A DNA stretch of 64,000 bases from a virus (Duplodnaviria; Caudoviricetes), in IMG/VR virus record IMGVR_UViG_3300026549_000034, positions 129,182 through 193,181 of that record; one strand, written 5' to 3'. Position numbers and translations under genes: made by a program. The notes under the pieces were generated by a model. That model was not told where the DNA came from. It saw only the letters and a list, made by a program, of their open reading frames with translations, and searched no databases. How positions within the stretch are numbered: position 1 is the first letter of the stretch; the number at the start of each line of letters is the position of its first letter. Positions 52,761 through 63,111 of this stretch are shown here, in pieces.

Positions 52761-53015
52761 AGATCCAGTTGATATAAATTCATTTGATATAATTGATGAA
52801 CGATTACATAATCATTACTATGATGAACTTCCACCATTTTCTTATAGTAAAGATATAGCAACAACAGGTTATTTGTTTGGTTATTGCTCAAAAATTGATT
52901 ATAACCTCGTGAAATTTAAGTATGAATTTTTTAATAGCTCTGATAAAATAAAATCTTTAGTTATATTGTAATGAATTGCTTAGATTAATTTTTTAATATA
53001 GTTTTTTTAATATAG

Positions 53016-53047
53016 TTTGAATTTCTGAAGTTTTTATACTATATTAA
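53016..53047 (+). promoter_or_regulatory. phage promoter motif copy
   Basis: tttgaatttctgaagtttttatactatattaa. Confidence 0.75.
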
Positions 53048-53076
53048 AATATCAAAATTAAAAAATTAGCAATATT

Positions 53077-56000
53077 ATGAAGCGTTTTTTAAATGGAATT
53101 GAAGAACATCGCTGGGCAGATTTTTGTCAGGATTGGATAGAAAGACGCGATGGTAAAAAACATAATAATGATTGCAATTACGGAAGTCCTCTGTCTGACT
53201 ATGGAGAGTTCTATAATCCACATGGCGGTTCAACTATTCATCTAAGAGCTGAAGATATTTCATCAGGTGCACTTTTTGAAATTCGTCTTCTTTGTGCAGA
53301 TAGGAAAGGTGCATACCCAATTATTGCATTGGTCAATATTGATGGTATTGCTGATGGTATTGAGGTAATTGAACAGTTCAACAATGATGGAATTTCTTCA
53401 ACTGGATTGATGAAACTACATTATGAAGCAATATATTTTGAACCTGGTGATTATGTTGTGACTACTCAAGATGCTATTGGAATATATGCTAATCATTGGT
53501 ATATGTTTGCATCTATTGAGAAAGACGGAACAGAAAATTTAGAATTGAACGGTATAGGCAGTTATAAAAGACTTGCAACCGAAGATGAAATTTCTAAGTT
53601 GAATGAAATGCTATTTGTTCATAATAAGAAATGGAATAATGAAACTAAACAATTAGAAGATCTTTAATCATGTATCATTTTATAAAGTTTAACAATACTT
53701 GGTATCTTAAGCCTGAGAAACTTGAGGATGTTACAGAGCACTTCAAGAAGTTTTGTGGACGTGAATTCAAGGAAGGTTTTGAAGATTTCAGAGATAATGT
53801 AAGTATTAAGAAAGATTATAATGGCGAAAAGTATCTTTATAGTAAGAATCATTCAAGCTCACTTTGGAGATATGCTGTTGAAATGACAATGCAATTCGGT
53901 GGTGAAAGTTGGCTTAACGCAGCAAATTCACTTGAAGAGCAAACTTATAAAAACAGGATTGAAAGATTTCTTGAAGGCAAGCCTATATTCCTTACTGATG
54001 GACTTCCGTATTTTCCTCCTAAAGAATGGCCTGAATATGATGAAGAAGTTTGGAAAGATGAACTTGAATTTCCCTATAAATATAATTATGAAGATTGTAG
54101 ATTCTTACAATGGTCTAATGGAAGACATTGGTATGTGAAGATTGGTAACATTGATATTGGGGATAAATATGGTAATTACAAATTCTCTGATAAGTCTTAT
54201 GCACAAAAGGTAGCTAAAGCTTGGTGTAAATGTGGAGGTGATTGGTCAAAGATATGAAAAATCTTAATATAGTTTGAATTTCTGAAGTTTCTTTACTATA
54301 TTTGAATATTAATTAATTTAAAAAACAAAAAGATATGAAATTTATACTTGGAATTAAGCCTACCGTTATTACTGGTTATGGCACTACAAAAGATGCTAAA
54401 GAGAGATTCAGAAGTTCAATTCGTGGATGCTTTACTTATTCATCTAAGTTTGGGTCTGCATGGACAAATACTTATGGTACGGAAGCCACTGCAGTCTACG
54501 GATATAATATTGAGGTATTCAAGCGTAGAAAGCATCGTGGTCCTAATAAGCATTATGTAATCTACCGTTATATATTTCCTGTTGCAATGTTTGATCTTTT
54601 GAATGTTGAAATTAAGCAGGGTCCAAGAACATTTAAGATTATGCCAAAAAAGAAATGAATAGTGAATATCCATATATAGTTGTACCTATCGATGAAGCTA
54701 ATAAACTATTAGCTAAGCAAAAAGGTTTATCAGATACATTTTGTAAGACTTATCAAATAGCTCAACAGGTAGAAGAAAGACAAAATTTGTATTCTGGGGT
54801 TAAATGGAAAATTAAGAAAACAACTACCGAAAAAATAAATTGGCAATTATAACAATAAATATGATAGCTAAAAGAGATATTATAGAATTTTTCAAGTCTC
54901 AGAAGTGTGAAACTTGTCCATTTAAAAAAGAATGTGATAATTTATATCAAGTTACAAGAGCAGCTTCTACTAATGCTCATAATATTTGTGATGCTATATT
55001 TGGTTCAGTGAATCTTGATTAGTGAAACTTTTTATAAAATTATGGGAACAACAAACTATCCTTATTATATAGCAGTTTCATATGATGCTGGCATATTGAA
55101 GAAAATTAGATTTGGAACATCTGATGGTAGAAAATTCAAAACTTGGTCAGATTGTGCAGAGGCTATTAGACGAAGGTATGCAAATTTCCCATCAACAAAA
55201 AATCAACAAATTCTGATTCTTGAATATTCTGGACAATATGAAAGTAAGATTATTGAAATATGTCAGGGAGATAATTGGATATCTGTTGAAGCACCTATTA
55301 AGTTGATGTAAGAAAGAATATCATAAAATCTTCAAAGACTCTTAGAAATGAGGGTCTTTTTTGTTTTAAATATGGAAAAAAATAAATTATATTTGAATTT
55401 CTGAAGTTTCTTTACTATATTAGAATATTAAAAATAAAAAATATGGAAAGAACATATTGTACTAAGGACTACAACAATCTCTCAGAGATTTTCTTCAATA
55501 ATCTTTCAAAGGAGAATACAAGGTATACAGTTGAAGAAGCTATTAAAGAGCTTGGAATTTTTGTCAAGGGTTACAATAAGAATGCAAAGCGGCATAATTA
55601 TTGGGTAAATTTCAAACCTTTCGAGAATCCCAAGAATACTCCTCAGGCATTTGCAAATTCAATTCATTTTGCAGAAATTGAGAAGCCTGAAGAATCTATT
55701 TATGTAAAGGGTATGAAGACTCAGCAACTTCAATTTGAGGCTCTTGAAAAGGCAATTCTTAGATTCATCTCCGGACTTTCCGAAAAGGAACAGAATAAGA
55801 TCATTAAAAAGATCAATACACGAAAAAATAAAATGAATTTCTAAAATAAAAAAATTAAACTATAAAAAATAAATTATATTTGAATTTCTGAAGTTTTTAT
55901 ACTATATTTGAATATAAAAATTAAAATTAAATCAAACAAAAAACAAGTAAAACTATTAAAATTATTAAAACTATGGAAGGATTTATTTATTTTATTCTTG

Positions 56001-56296
56001 TAATTGCAGCAATTATCTGTGGTATTCTTAATGGTATTCTGTTCTGGAAAATTTGGCATATGTGTGATGATGTCAAGGCAATGCGTAATGAGTTTGTAAA
56101 GGAAAATGAAACTGAACAAGTGCCTGAGCAAACTGTTTATGATGATAATTTGCCTTTCCATGTAGGAGACACAGTAAGAATTGATGGAACATTTAATGAA
56201 GTAGAAATTATTCAGATTAAAAATAATAAGTACTGTGTAAATTTGAATGGTAAATCGATATGGTATAATGAAAATGAAATTAAACATATAAAATAA
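53077..56296 (+). CDS. run of hypothetical genes (53077, 53670, 54335, 54655, 54840, 55015, 55443, 55973)
   Basis: same-strand ORFs, several directly preceded by promoter copies. Confidence 0.65.
54273..54304 (+). promoter_or_regulatory. Bacteroidota-type promoter
   Basis: tttgaatttctgaagtttctttactatatttg. Confidence 0.78.
55334..55362 (+). terminator. intrinsic terminator
   Basis: aaagactctt-agaaat-gagggtcttttt. Confidence 0.65.
55392..55423 (+). promoter_or_regulatory. phage promoter motif copy
   Basis: tttgaatttctgaagtttctttactatattag. Confidence 0.75.
55879..55910 (+). promoter_or_regulatory. Bacteroidota-type promoter
   Basis: tttgaatttctgaagtttttatactatatttg. Confidence 0.78.
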
Positions 56297-56317
56297 ATAA
56301 AATAAAAATAATTAAAT

Positions 56318-56346
56318 AAAGACTCTCAAAAATGAGGGTCTTTTTT
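56318..56346 (+). terminator. intrinsic terminator
   Basis: aaagactctca-aaaa-tgagggtctttttt. Confidence 0.75.
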
Positions 56347-56435
56347 GTTTAAATTCAATAGTTTTCACAGATAATAAATATTTTTATATAAAGATATAAA
56401 TTAAAGAAATAAATATATAAGATTATTTAAATTCT

Positions 56436-59400
56436 GTGAAATCTATTATTGAATTTATTAATGAAGATCGCCGCAAAAAGCAAGAACAAGAAATCCATAT
56501 AGAAGGTAATAGTATTCTTGATAAAATAATGAATGATAAAGAAACTAATATAGATGAGTTTGTTAAGGAATTTGTAAGACCTAATGGACCAACTATATAT
56601 GCATTTACCACAGATAAAGTTGATTCTGCAGTTAAAGTTGGATATACAGACCAACATCCTGAAGCTCGTATAGCACAATGGAAAGAGATATATGGTAAAG
56701 AAGAAGGTGAAGTTGTTACCTTAGGTTGGTGGAGTTCAGAAGAATTTAATCAAGCTGGTGAACGTGTATTTTTCTGGGATCATGCTATTCATAAGAAACT
56801 TAGAGATAAAGGATATAAACAACTAGAAAGAGATGAGTTTATGGCTACTTTAACAGAAAAGGGTAAGCAATTAGTTGATATTCATTATTCTCGTGAATTC
56901 TTTTCTAAATATAAGAAATTATTGCAAGGACAATTAAGTGATGAAGATAAAGAAGAATTGTCTGCACAATTACTTGAAGATCTTATTAAACAAATGAAAG
57001 CAAATATCCATGCTGGTACTGCCGATTTTAAGTTATATTCATTTGATGAAGAAGGTAAGACAAGTAAAAAACAAGCGGATAAGATATGGGGAGCTCCTGA
57101 TACATATCCTAATACTGATCTTCAAAAGGAAGCAATTAAAAACGGTGTCAAAGCTATTGATGAAGGTAAAAAGAACATATTGATGGCTGCTGTTATGAGA
57201 TTTGGTAAGACTCATGCTTCTTATGAAATTGTTAAACAAGCAGGATTAAAACGTGTTATAGTATGTTCTGCCAAAGCTGATGTTCGTACTGCTTGGAGAG
57301 AAGATATTAATCATGAGCATTTCTATAAAGATTTTGTATTCATCGAAGTTCTTGGTCCTAATAATTGTGATATGACTTATTGTAAAGGTGATAAACTTGT
57401 TACAGAACATGGTACACCTAATATAGAGAATCTTGAAAAGGCTGGTAAGACAATTATATATTTCTTTACTTTACATGATTTAGGTGGTTCTGTTAAGGAA
57501 TTAAAAGAAAAGCATAAAGGCATATTTGATAAAGAATTTGATATGATGATTGTTGATGAAACACACTATGGGTCTCATGCAAATACTTTTGGACAAGCAA
57601 CAGGATTAGGCAAAAATAAGATTAAAGATGGCGAAGATGATGAAGATAATGCAGCAATTGAAGAAGAACAAAAAATTGCACAAGAATCCGCTGAAACATT
57701 AAAGAAGCTAAATATAAAATATAAACGAGTTCTTCAAGTTTCTGGAACACCTTATTACATATTAGCATCAAATGAAATGATTGCCGAAGATGCTGAAATT
57801 ATATCTAAAGTTTCTTATACTGATATGTTGAATGCTCGTGATAAATATGAAAAGGAACATAAAGGAGAAGATCCAAGCACTTCACCTTATTTCGGTATAC
57901 CTACTTTACATAAGATTGGATTAAGATTAAATAAAGAATGCCGTAAAGTAATGCAAAATGCTGGTGTGACTGATTCTATGACTGAATTATTCAAAGTTGA
58001 TGGACAGAAGTTTGTACATGAAAAGGCTGTAGAGGGATTAATGAAAAGTATATTTGGTGATGGTAAAGGTTCGTTAGCATTCTTGAAAAACAAATCAGTA
58101 GAAGGAAATAAAGTTTGCAAACATACTTTGATAGTTCTTCCTCGTGTTAAGGCATGTAGAGTTATGAAAGACTTGTTGACTAAATTCATATCAGAAAAAA
58201 ATCGTAAAGTATTCTGTATTGTCAATAATTGGGGAGGCACCGCTGATGTTAAAGATGTAGATGACTTAAATAACCAATTAGAAACACTTGATAGCAAAGG
58301 TATAGGAAGTATTATATTGACAGTAAACAGATTCTTGACGGGTGTTTCTATGCCTTGTGTAGATAGTATGATATATCTTAAGAATGCAAGTAGCCCACAA
58401 GAATATGACCAAAATATATTCAGACTTTGTACAAGAAGGGTTAAGAAAGTCAAAGATCCAGATGATGAAAGTAGAAGCAAGAAGGTAAATATGAAAGATA
58501 ATGTTTACTTGATAGACTTTAACATGACAAATATGTTTAATATGATTGCTAATTCTGCTCGTATGAAAGCTGCTGCAGAAGGTAATCCAACAACTGAACG
58601 TATCAAAGAACTTATGGAAGATGATGTGAAAGCTGTACCAATATTTGCAGAAGACAAAGCAAGTTCTGAAATACTTGGTAAGATGCACAAGATTGATTCC
58701 AAAGATATGATGATACTATATTCAAATTATAATAAGAACAAGAGTATTGCGGATATAGTAAGTGATGAAATTGACCTGTTTGATAATTTATTTGTTGATG
58801 ATACATTCCAAAAGATCATAGCAGGAATTGATATAGAAGGTGACAATAGTAAGATTAATTTGGGAAATGGCTCAGAAGAAGGTGAAGAATTAGATAATTT
58901 ACCAAGTGGAAGCGAAGTACCAAGTAGTAAAGATGACAAGAAAATGAAATCATTACTAGATAAACTTAAGGAAGCTAACATAACTAAAAATGAAAAGAAA
59001 CAGCTTGAAGATTTGACTAAGAAGAAATTCAAAGCTATTACCAAGAACTTATTATATTGTGACTTATGCTTAGATGAACCTTGCGTAGATATAGACGGTA
59101 TATTAAAGAAAGCTAAAGAGGATAAAGACTTTAAGAAAATGCTACATGAATTCAAAATTAATGAGAAAGATATAGAAAAAGTTTATAATGCTATGTCTAC
59201 TAATTTTAAACAAGCATATAATTCATTATTGACTCGTATGGCTTTACTTGCACAAGATACATCAAAGAGCGGTTATGATAAATTCAGTAAAGCATTAGAA
59301 GGACTTGGAAGACTTGGTAAAAATGAAGTAGTGACACCTCCCGAAATTGTTGAAAAAATGATTAATAAACTTTCAAAAGAAGACTATGATAAAGCAGAAA

Positions 59401-60533
59401 GCATATTAATTGTTAATGAGAAACAAGCAGAATTCACAATGGGCTTAATAAATAAATTTGGAAAGAAAATTGCTAAGAAAATTAAGATAGTTGCAAGTAG
59501 TGAAGTTGGTAAACACTTAAGTAGGAAAATGTTAAAAAGTTCACTTGGAAAAAACTATATTAAATCAATAATATTAAATATAGGTGACGTAGATGGCAAT
59601 GGCTATTACGATGTCAATGATTTTTTGAAGATGGATAATAAAGAAATTTTAAAAGAGAATAATAATAAACGTTTTGATATTTTACTTTCTAACCCACCGT
59701 ATGCAAGAAATTTACATATGAAATTTTTAGAAAAATATGTTGATTTGGCCGATAAAATAATAAGTATACAACCATTATCTTGGTTACAAAATATATTTAG
59801 TGATCAAAATAAAAATTCTAAAATAAATAAAATTCCACTTACAGATGTAGAGTATGTTGGAAATATTAAAAATGCATTTAAATATGATTCTCCGGGTCAC
59901 GCAACTTATGATACTGGCATTTATGTAATAGATAATAATGCAAAAACAAATAATGAAGAATTATTGTATAAATTTATTGATTTATATCCTGGAGAACGTA
60001 TTGATCCTAAACTTATAAAATCAATTAAATATAAAATATTAAATTATTGTAAAGAACATAATTTAGAAGATAATATAAAATATGGAAATGTTGATGAAAA
60101 TACAAAATATACAATAATTATGCCTACTTTATTAGGAAATGCTGGTTGTAAAAATGATAGATATTTTTGGAAAACTTCAAAACGATGGGGTAGAATATTT
60201 TATAAAGGAAAATCTGAAGGGAAATTTATGGGAGAATATAAAAAGAAATTATCTAATGTTAAAAATTATACTAATTTCCCTTATTTAGAGTTTAATACTG
60301 AAGATGAATGTAAAAATTGGATTGATTCACAAGATTCAGATATTATGAGATTTATTTCAATTCTTAATTACGTCGATTCGAATCGACGCTGTAAATTTGT
60401 CCCTTATATGGAAGATTATAGTAAAGTATGGACAGATGATATGTTAGCTAAATTTTTTAATATAACGAAAGATGAAAGAGAACAGATTCATCATTATATA
60501 ACTTTATTTGATAAAAAATTTAATAAAAAATGA
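56436..60533 (+). CDS. GIY-YIG-like nuclease, SF2 helicase and N6-adenine-MTase/TRD multidomain protein (Type ISP/IIG-like) with leader
   Basis: TIYAF..VKVGYT..EARIAQW; AVMRFGKT; IVDETH; SGTP; QNIFRLCT; NEVVTP; FDILLSNPPY; GTG start MKSIIEFINE. Confidence 0.8.
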   Translation: MKSIIEFINEDRRKKQEQEIHIEGNSILDKIMNDKETNIDEFVKEFVRPNGPTIYAFTTDKVDSAVKVGYTDQHPEARIAQWKEIYGKEEGEVVTLGWWSSEEFNQAGERVFFWDHAIHKKLRDKGYKQLERDEFMATLTEKGKQLVDIHYSREFFSKYKKLLQGQLSDEDKEELSAQLLEDLIKQMKANIHAGTADFKLYSFDEEGKTSKKQADKIWGAPDTYPNTDLQKEAIKNGVKAIDEGKKNILMAAVMRFGKTHASYEIVKQAGLKRVIVCSAKADVRTAWREDINHEHFYKDFVFIEVLGPNNCDMTYCKGDKLVTEHGTPNIENLEKAGKTIIYFFTLHDLGGSVKELKEKHKGIFDKEFDMMIVDETHYGSHANTFGQATGLGKNKIKDGEDDEDNAAIEEEQKIAQESAETLKKLNIKYKRVLQVSGTPYYILASNEMIAEDAEIISKVSYTDMLNARDKYEKEHKGEDPSTSPYFGIPTLHKIGLRLNKECRKVMQNAGVTDSMTELFKVDGQKFVHEKAVEGLMKSIFGDGKGSLAFLKNKSVEGNKVCKHTLIVLPRVKACRVMKDLLTKFISEKNRKVFCIVNNWGGTADVKDVDDLNNQLETLDSKGIGSIILTVNRFLTGVSMPCVDSMIYLKNASSPQEYDQNIFRLCTRRVKKVKDPDDESRSKKVNMKDNVYLIDFNMTNMFNMIANSARMKAAAEGNPTTERIKELMEDDVKAVPIFAEDKASSEILGKMHKIDSKDMMILYSNYNKNKSIADIVSDEIDLFDNLFVDDTFQKIIAGIDIEGDNSKINLGNGSEEGEELDNLPSGSEVPSSKDDKKMKSLLDKLKEANITKNEKKQLEDLTKKKFKAITKNLLYCDLCLDEPCVDIDGILKKAKEDKDFKKMLHEFKINEKDIEKVYNAMSTNFKQAYNSLLTRMALLAQDTSKSGYDKFSKALEGLGRLGKNEVVTPPEIVEKMINKLSKEDYDKAESILIVNEKQAEFTMGLINKFGKKIAKKIKIVASSEVGKHLSRKMLKSSLGKNYIKSIILNIGDVDGNGYYDVNDFLKMDNKEILKENNNKRFDILLSNPPYARNLHMKFLEKYVDLADKIISIQPLSWLQNIFSDQNKNSKINKIPLTDVEYVGNIKNAFKYDSPGHATYDTGIYVIDNNAKTNNEELLYKFIDLYPGERIDPKLIKSIKYKILNYCKEHNLEDNIKYGNVDENTKYTIIMPTLLGNAGCKNDRYFWKTSKRWGRIFYKGKSEGKFMGEYKKKLSNVKNYTNFPYLEFNTEDECKNWIDSQDSDIMRFISILNYVDSNRRCKFVPYMEDYSKVWTDDMLAKFFNITKDEREQIHHYITLFDKKFNKK

Positions 60534-60731
60534 AATAATGAATAATTTTAGCATAGAATATTTTTTAAATTTAACATGTTATGAATAGATCTATAAAAAC
60601 AGATTAATGATTACTTGAAGTTTATAAATGTCCTAAAAATAAAGTAAAGGAATATACATATTATTGTAAGAAAATATTAAAGAAGTAGATAATAAATAAC
60701 TATTTTTACATTAAATATTAATATAAAAAAT

Positions 60732-61025
60732 ATGAATATACTTAAATCAAAATATATTTATAATAAATTAAGACAGGATTATTTGTGTAAAAATCCCATA
60801 TTAATATTGTATAATGATGGTCATTCAGAAGGATATGATAAATATTATACATATGAAGAATTTAAACAATTTAAAAATTCAGAAATCATTAATCTATTTA
60901 AACAAAAATATTTTTATGATACAAATTTATTTAGTTTGTGGAGAAAAGCTAAAAATCATAAATGGACAATTGCCGGATTTATTATATCAATTATATTAGC
61001 AATATACTATGGTAATAAAATATGA
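60732..61025 (+). CDS. hypothetical protein with C-terminal TM segment
   Basis: WTIAGFIISIILAIYYG. Confidence 0.55.
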   Translation: MNILKSKYIYNKLRQDYLCKNPILILYNDGHSEGYDKYYTYEEFKQFKNSEIINLFKQKYFYDTNLFSLWRKAKNHKWTIAGFIISIILAIYYGNKI

Positions 61026-61522
61026 ATTTAACAGATTTTAATATAGAGCAATTTTTAGACTTAAGTAATTACGCAACAGATGAACGTGTATCTCGTCGAA
61101 AGAATTCAGAAATAAATTCTCAAGAATTCTTCACTCCTTATTCAATAGTTAAGCGTATGTGTGATAAGGTTTCTGAAGCTGATTGGGCAGATCCTACAAA
61201 AGTATTTTGTGAACCATGTTTCGGAAATGGGCAGTTTGTCATTTATATAATTTGGAATAGACTTCAGCATGGTATACATTGGAAAACTACATTAGAAACG
61301 CTATGGGGGGTTGAACTAATGCAAGATAATGTAGCGGAATGTAAGGATAGAATTTGTGAAATGCTGACAAATATTTGTGAAGATTTTAATGAAGATAAAG
61401 CAAGACTCATTATGGATTCACAATTGATCTGTCATGACTTTTTCACATGGAATTTTGAAGAATGGCGTCCGTATACTGAAGATGAAATTAAACAAAACAA
61501 AAAGAAGAAAAACAAAAAATAA
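61022..61522 (+). CDS. SAM-binding half of an N6-adenine methyltransferase
   Basis: QEFFTP, EPCFGNGQF, WGVEL, CHDFF; no NPPY. Confidence 0.8.
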   Translation: MNLTDFNIEQFLDLSNYATDERVSRRKNSEINSQEFFTPYSIVKRMCDKVSEADWADPTKVFCEPCFGNGQFVIYIIWNRLQHGIHWKTTLETLWGVELMQDNVAECKDRICEMLTNICEDFNEDKARLIMDSQLICHDFFTWNFEEWRPYTEDEIKQNKKKKNKK

Positions 61523-61544
61523 AATTTAAGTAATTTATCTAAAT

Positions 61545-61573
61545 AAAAAAAGGAAGCATCGAGGCTTCCTTTT
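61545..61573. terminator. bidirectional terminator
   Basis: aaaaggaagc-atcgag-gcttcctttt between convergent genes. Confidence 0.8.
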
Positions 61574-61577
61574 GTAG

Positions 61578-62036
61578 TTATTTATTTTCATACCATTTTG
61601 GCTTATCTATAGACTTACAATCAAAGAACATATCATACATTTCTTCAACATTAGATACATCCCATTTATTTAAGTCAGTATCAAGTTTATGACATCCAGT
61701 AAACATTGCTTGCATATTTGTAACTTTAGATACGTCCAATTCACTTAGATTACAATTGAAGTTTTCACAAAAGAAGAACATAAATGATGTATTAGTAACA
61801 TTGCTTACGTCCCATTTAGATATGTTTATGTCATGAGGATCTAACTTAGCAAATAGATGATTCATGTCGGTTATTTCGCTAACATTAATATCGTTTAAGT
61901 CAGCATTCTTATTTTCTTTTAAACGTTCCTCCAATATCTGTTTAAGTTCATCTTTTGTTTTTGGACAACAGCTATATTGACGTTTGATATCTTTTAAGTT
62001 AAGCTTCTCAAATATGTAGTTATGTAAATCTTTCAT
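61578..62036 (-). CDS. DUF285/BspA-like repeat protein with leader
   Basis: MKDLHNYIFEKLNL; WDVSNV repeats. Confidence 0.9.
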   Translation of the reverse strand: MKDLHNYIFEKLNLKDIKRQYSCCPKTKDELKQILEERLKENKNADLNDINVSEITDMNHLFAKLDPHDINISKWDVSNVTNTSFMFFFCENFNCNLSELDVSKVTNMQAMFTGCHKLDTDLNKWDVSNVEEMYDMFFDCKSIDKPKWYENK

Positions 62037-62038
62037 AT

Positions 62039-62572
62039 TTATTCTTTATACCACTTTGGCTTATTTTTTAATGAATCACATCTAAAGAACATGTTATGCA
62101 TATCAGTAACCTTACTAACATCCCATTTATTTAGATCGGAATTAAAATTTTTACATTCCCAAAACATAGCTCTCATATCGGCAACATTACTAACATCCCA
62201 TTTGCTTAGATCTGCATTAAAGTTCACGCAAACAGAAAACGTATACTGCATACTAGTAACCTTACTAACATTCCATTTACTTAGATCAGAATTAAAGTTA
62301 TCGCAACTAAAAAACATGCCATTCATATTAGTAACATTACTAACGTCCCATCCGGAGATATCTATGTTATGAGGATCTAACTTAGAAAATAGATTAGACA
62401 TATCGGTTATTTTACTAACACCAATATCATTTAGATCAGCATCCTTATTTTCTTTTAAACGTTTTTCCAATATATCTCTAAGTTCATCTCTTGTCTTAGG
62501 GAAATAATTATATTGACTTTTTATATCTTTTATATTAAGCTTCTCAAATATGTAGTTATTTAGGTTCTTCAT
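62039..62572 (-). CDS. DUF285/BspA-like repeat protein with leader
   Basis: MKNLNNYIFEKLNI; repeats. Confidence 0.9.
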   Translation of the reverse strand: MKNLNNYIFEKLNIKDIKSQYNYFPKTRDELRDILEKRLKENKDADLNDIGVSKITDMSNLFSKLDPHNIDISGWDVSNVTNMNGMFFSCDNFNSDLSKWNVSKVTSMQYTFSVCVNFNADLSKWDVSNVADMRAMFWECKNFNSDLNKWDVSKVTDMHNMFFRCDSLKNKPKWYKE

Positions 62573-62575
62573 TTT

Positions 62576-63109
62576 TTATTCTTTGTACCAGCTTGGCTTA
62601 TTTTTTAATGAATTGCACTCCCAAAACATATCATGCATATCAGTAACATTGCCTACGTCCCAACTATTTAAATCACTATCAAATTTTTTACAGCCATCAA
62701 ACATTTTATACATATCAGTAACCTTACTAACATTCCATTTGCTTAAATCAGAATTAAATTTTTCGCAAAGTAGAAACATGCGATTCATATTAGTAACATT
62801 AGATACGTCCCATTTGTTTAGATTACAAGCAAAGTTTACACATGAAGCAAACATAAATTTCATATCTTTAACAGCGCTTACATTCCATTCAGATATATCT
62901 ATGTCATGAGGATCTAAATCAACAAATAAGAAAGACATATCAGTTATTTTACTAACATCTATATCATTTAGATCAGCATCCTTATTTTCTTTTAAACGTT
63001 TTTCCAATATACTTTTAAGTTCATCTCTTGTCTTTGGACAACAGCTATATTGATGTTTAATATCTTTTATGTTAAGCTTCTCAAATATGTAGTTATATAA
63101 ATCTTTCAT
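62576..63109 (-). CDS. DUF285/BspA-like repeat protein with leader
   Basis: MKDLYNYIFEKLNI; repeats. Confidence 0.9.
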   Translation of the reverse strand: MKDLYNYIFEKLNIKDIKHQYSCCPKTRDELKSILEKRLKENKDADLNDIDVSKITDMSFLFVDLDPHDIDISEWNVSAVKDMKFMFASCVNFACNLNKWDVSNVTNMNRMFLLCEKFNSDLSKWNVSKVTDMYKMFDGCKKFDSDLNSWDVGNVTDMHDMFWECNSLKNKPSWYKE

Positions 63110-63111
63110 AT

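Noticed and set aside
57039-59155. Several minus-strand ORFs up to 197 aa
   Set aside because: They lie antisense within the 1365-aa gene and show no motifs.
15924-61736. Diversity-generating retroelement TR/VR pair among the DUF285 repeats
   Set aside because: The mismatches are T/C, T/A, A/G and C/T, so not adenine-specific. Both copies are coding and no reverse transcriptase is present in the window.
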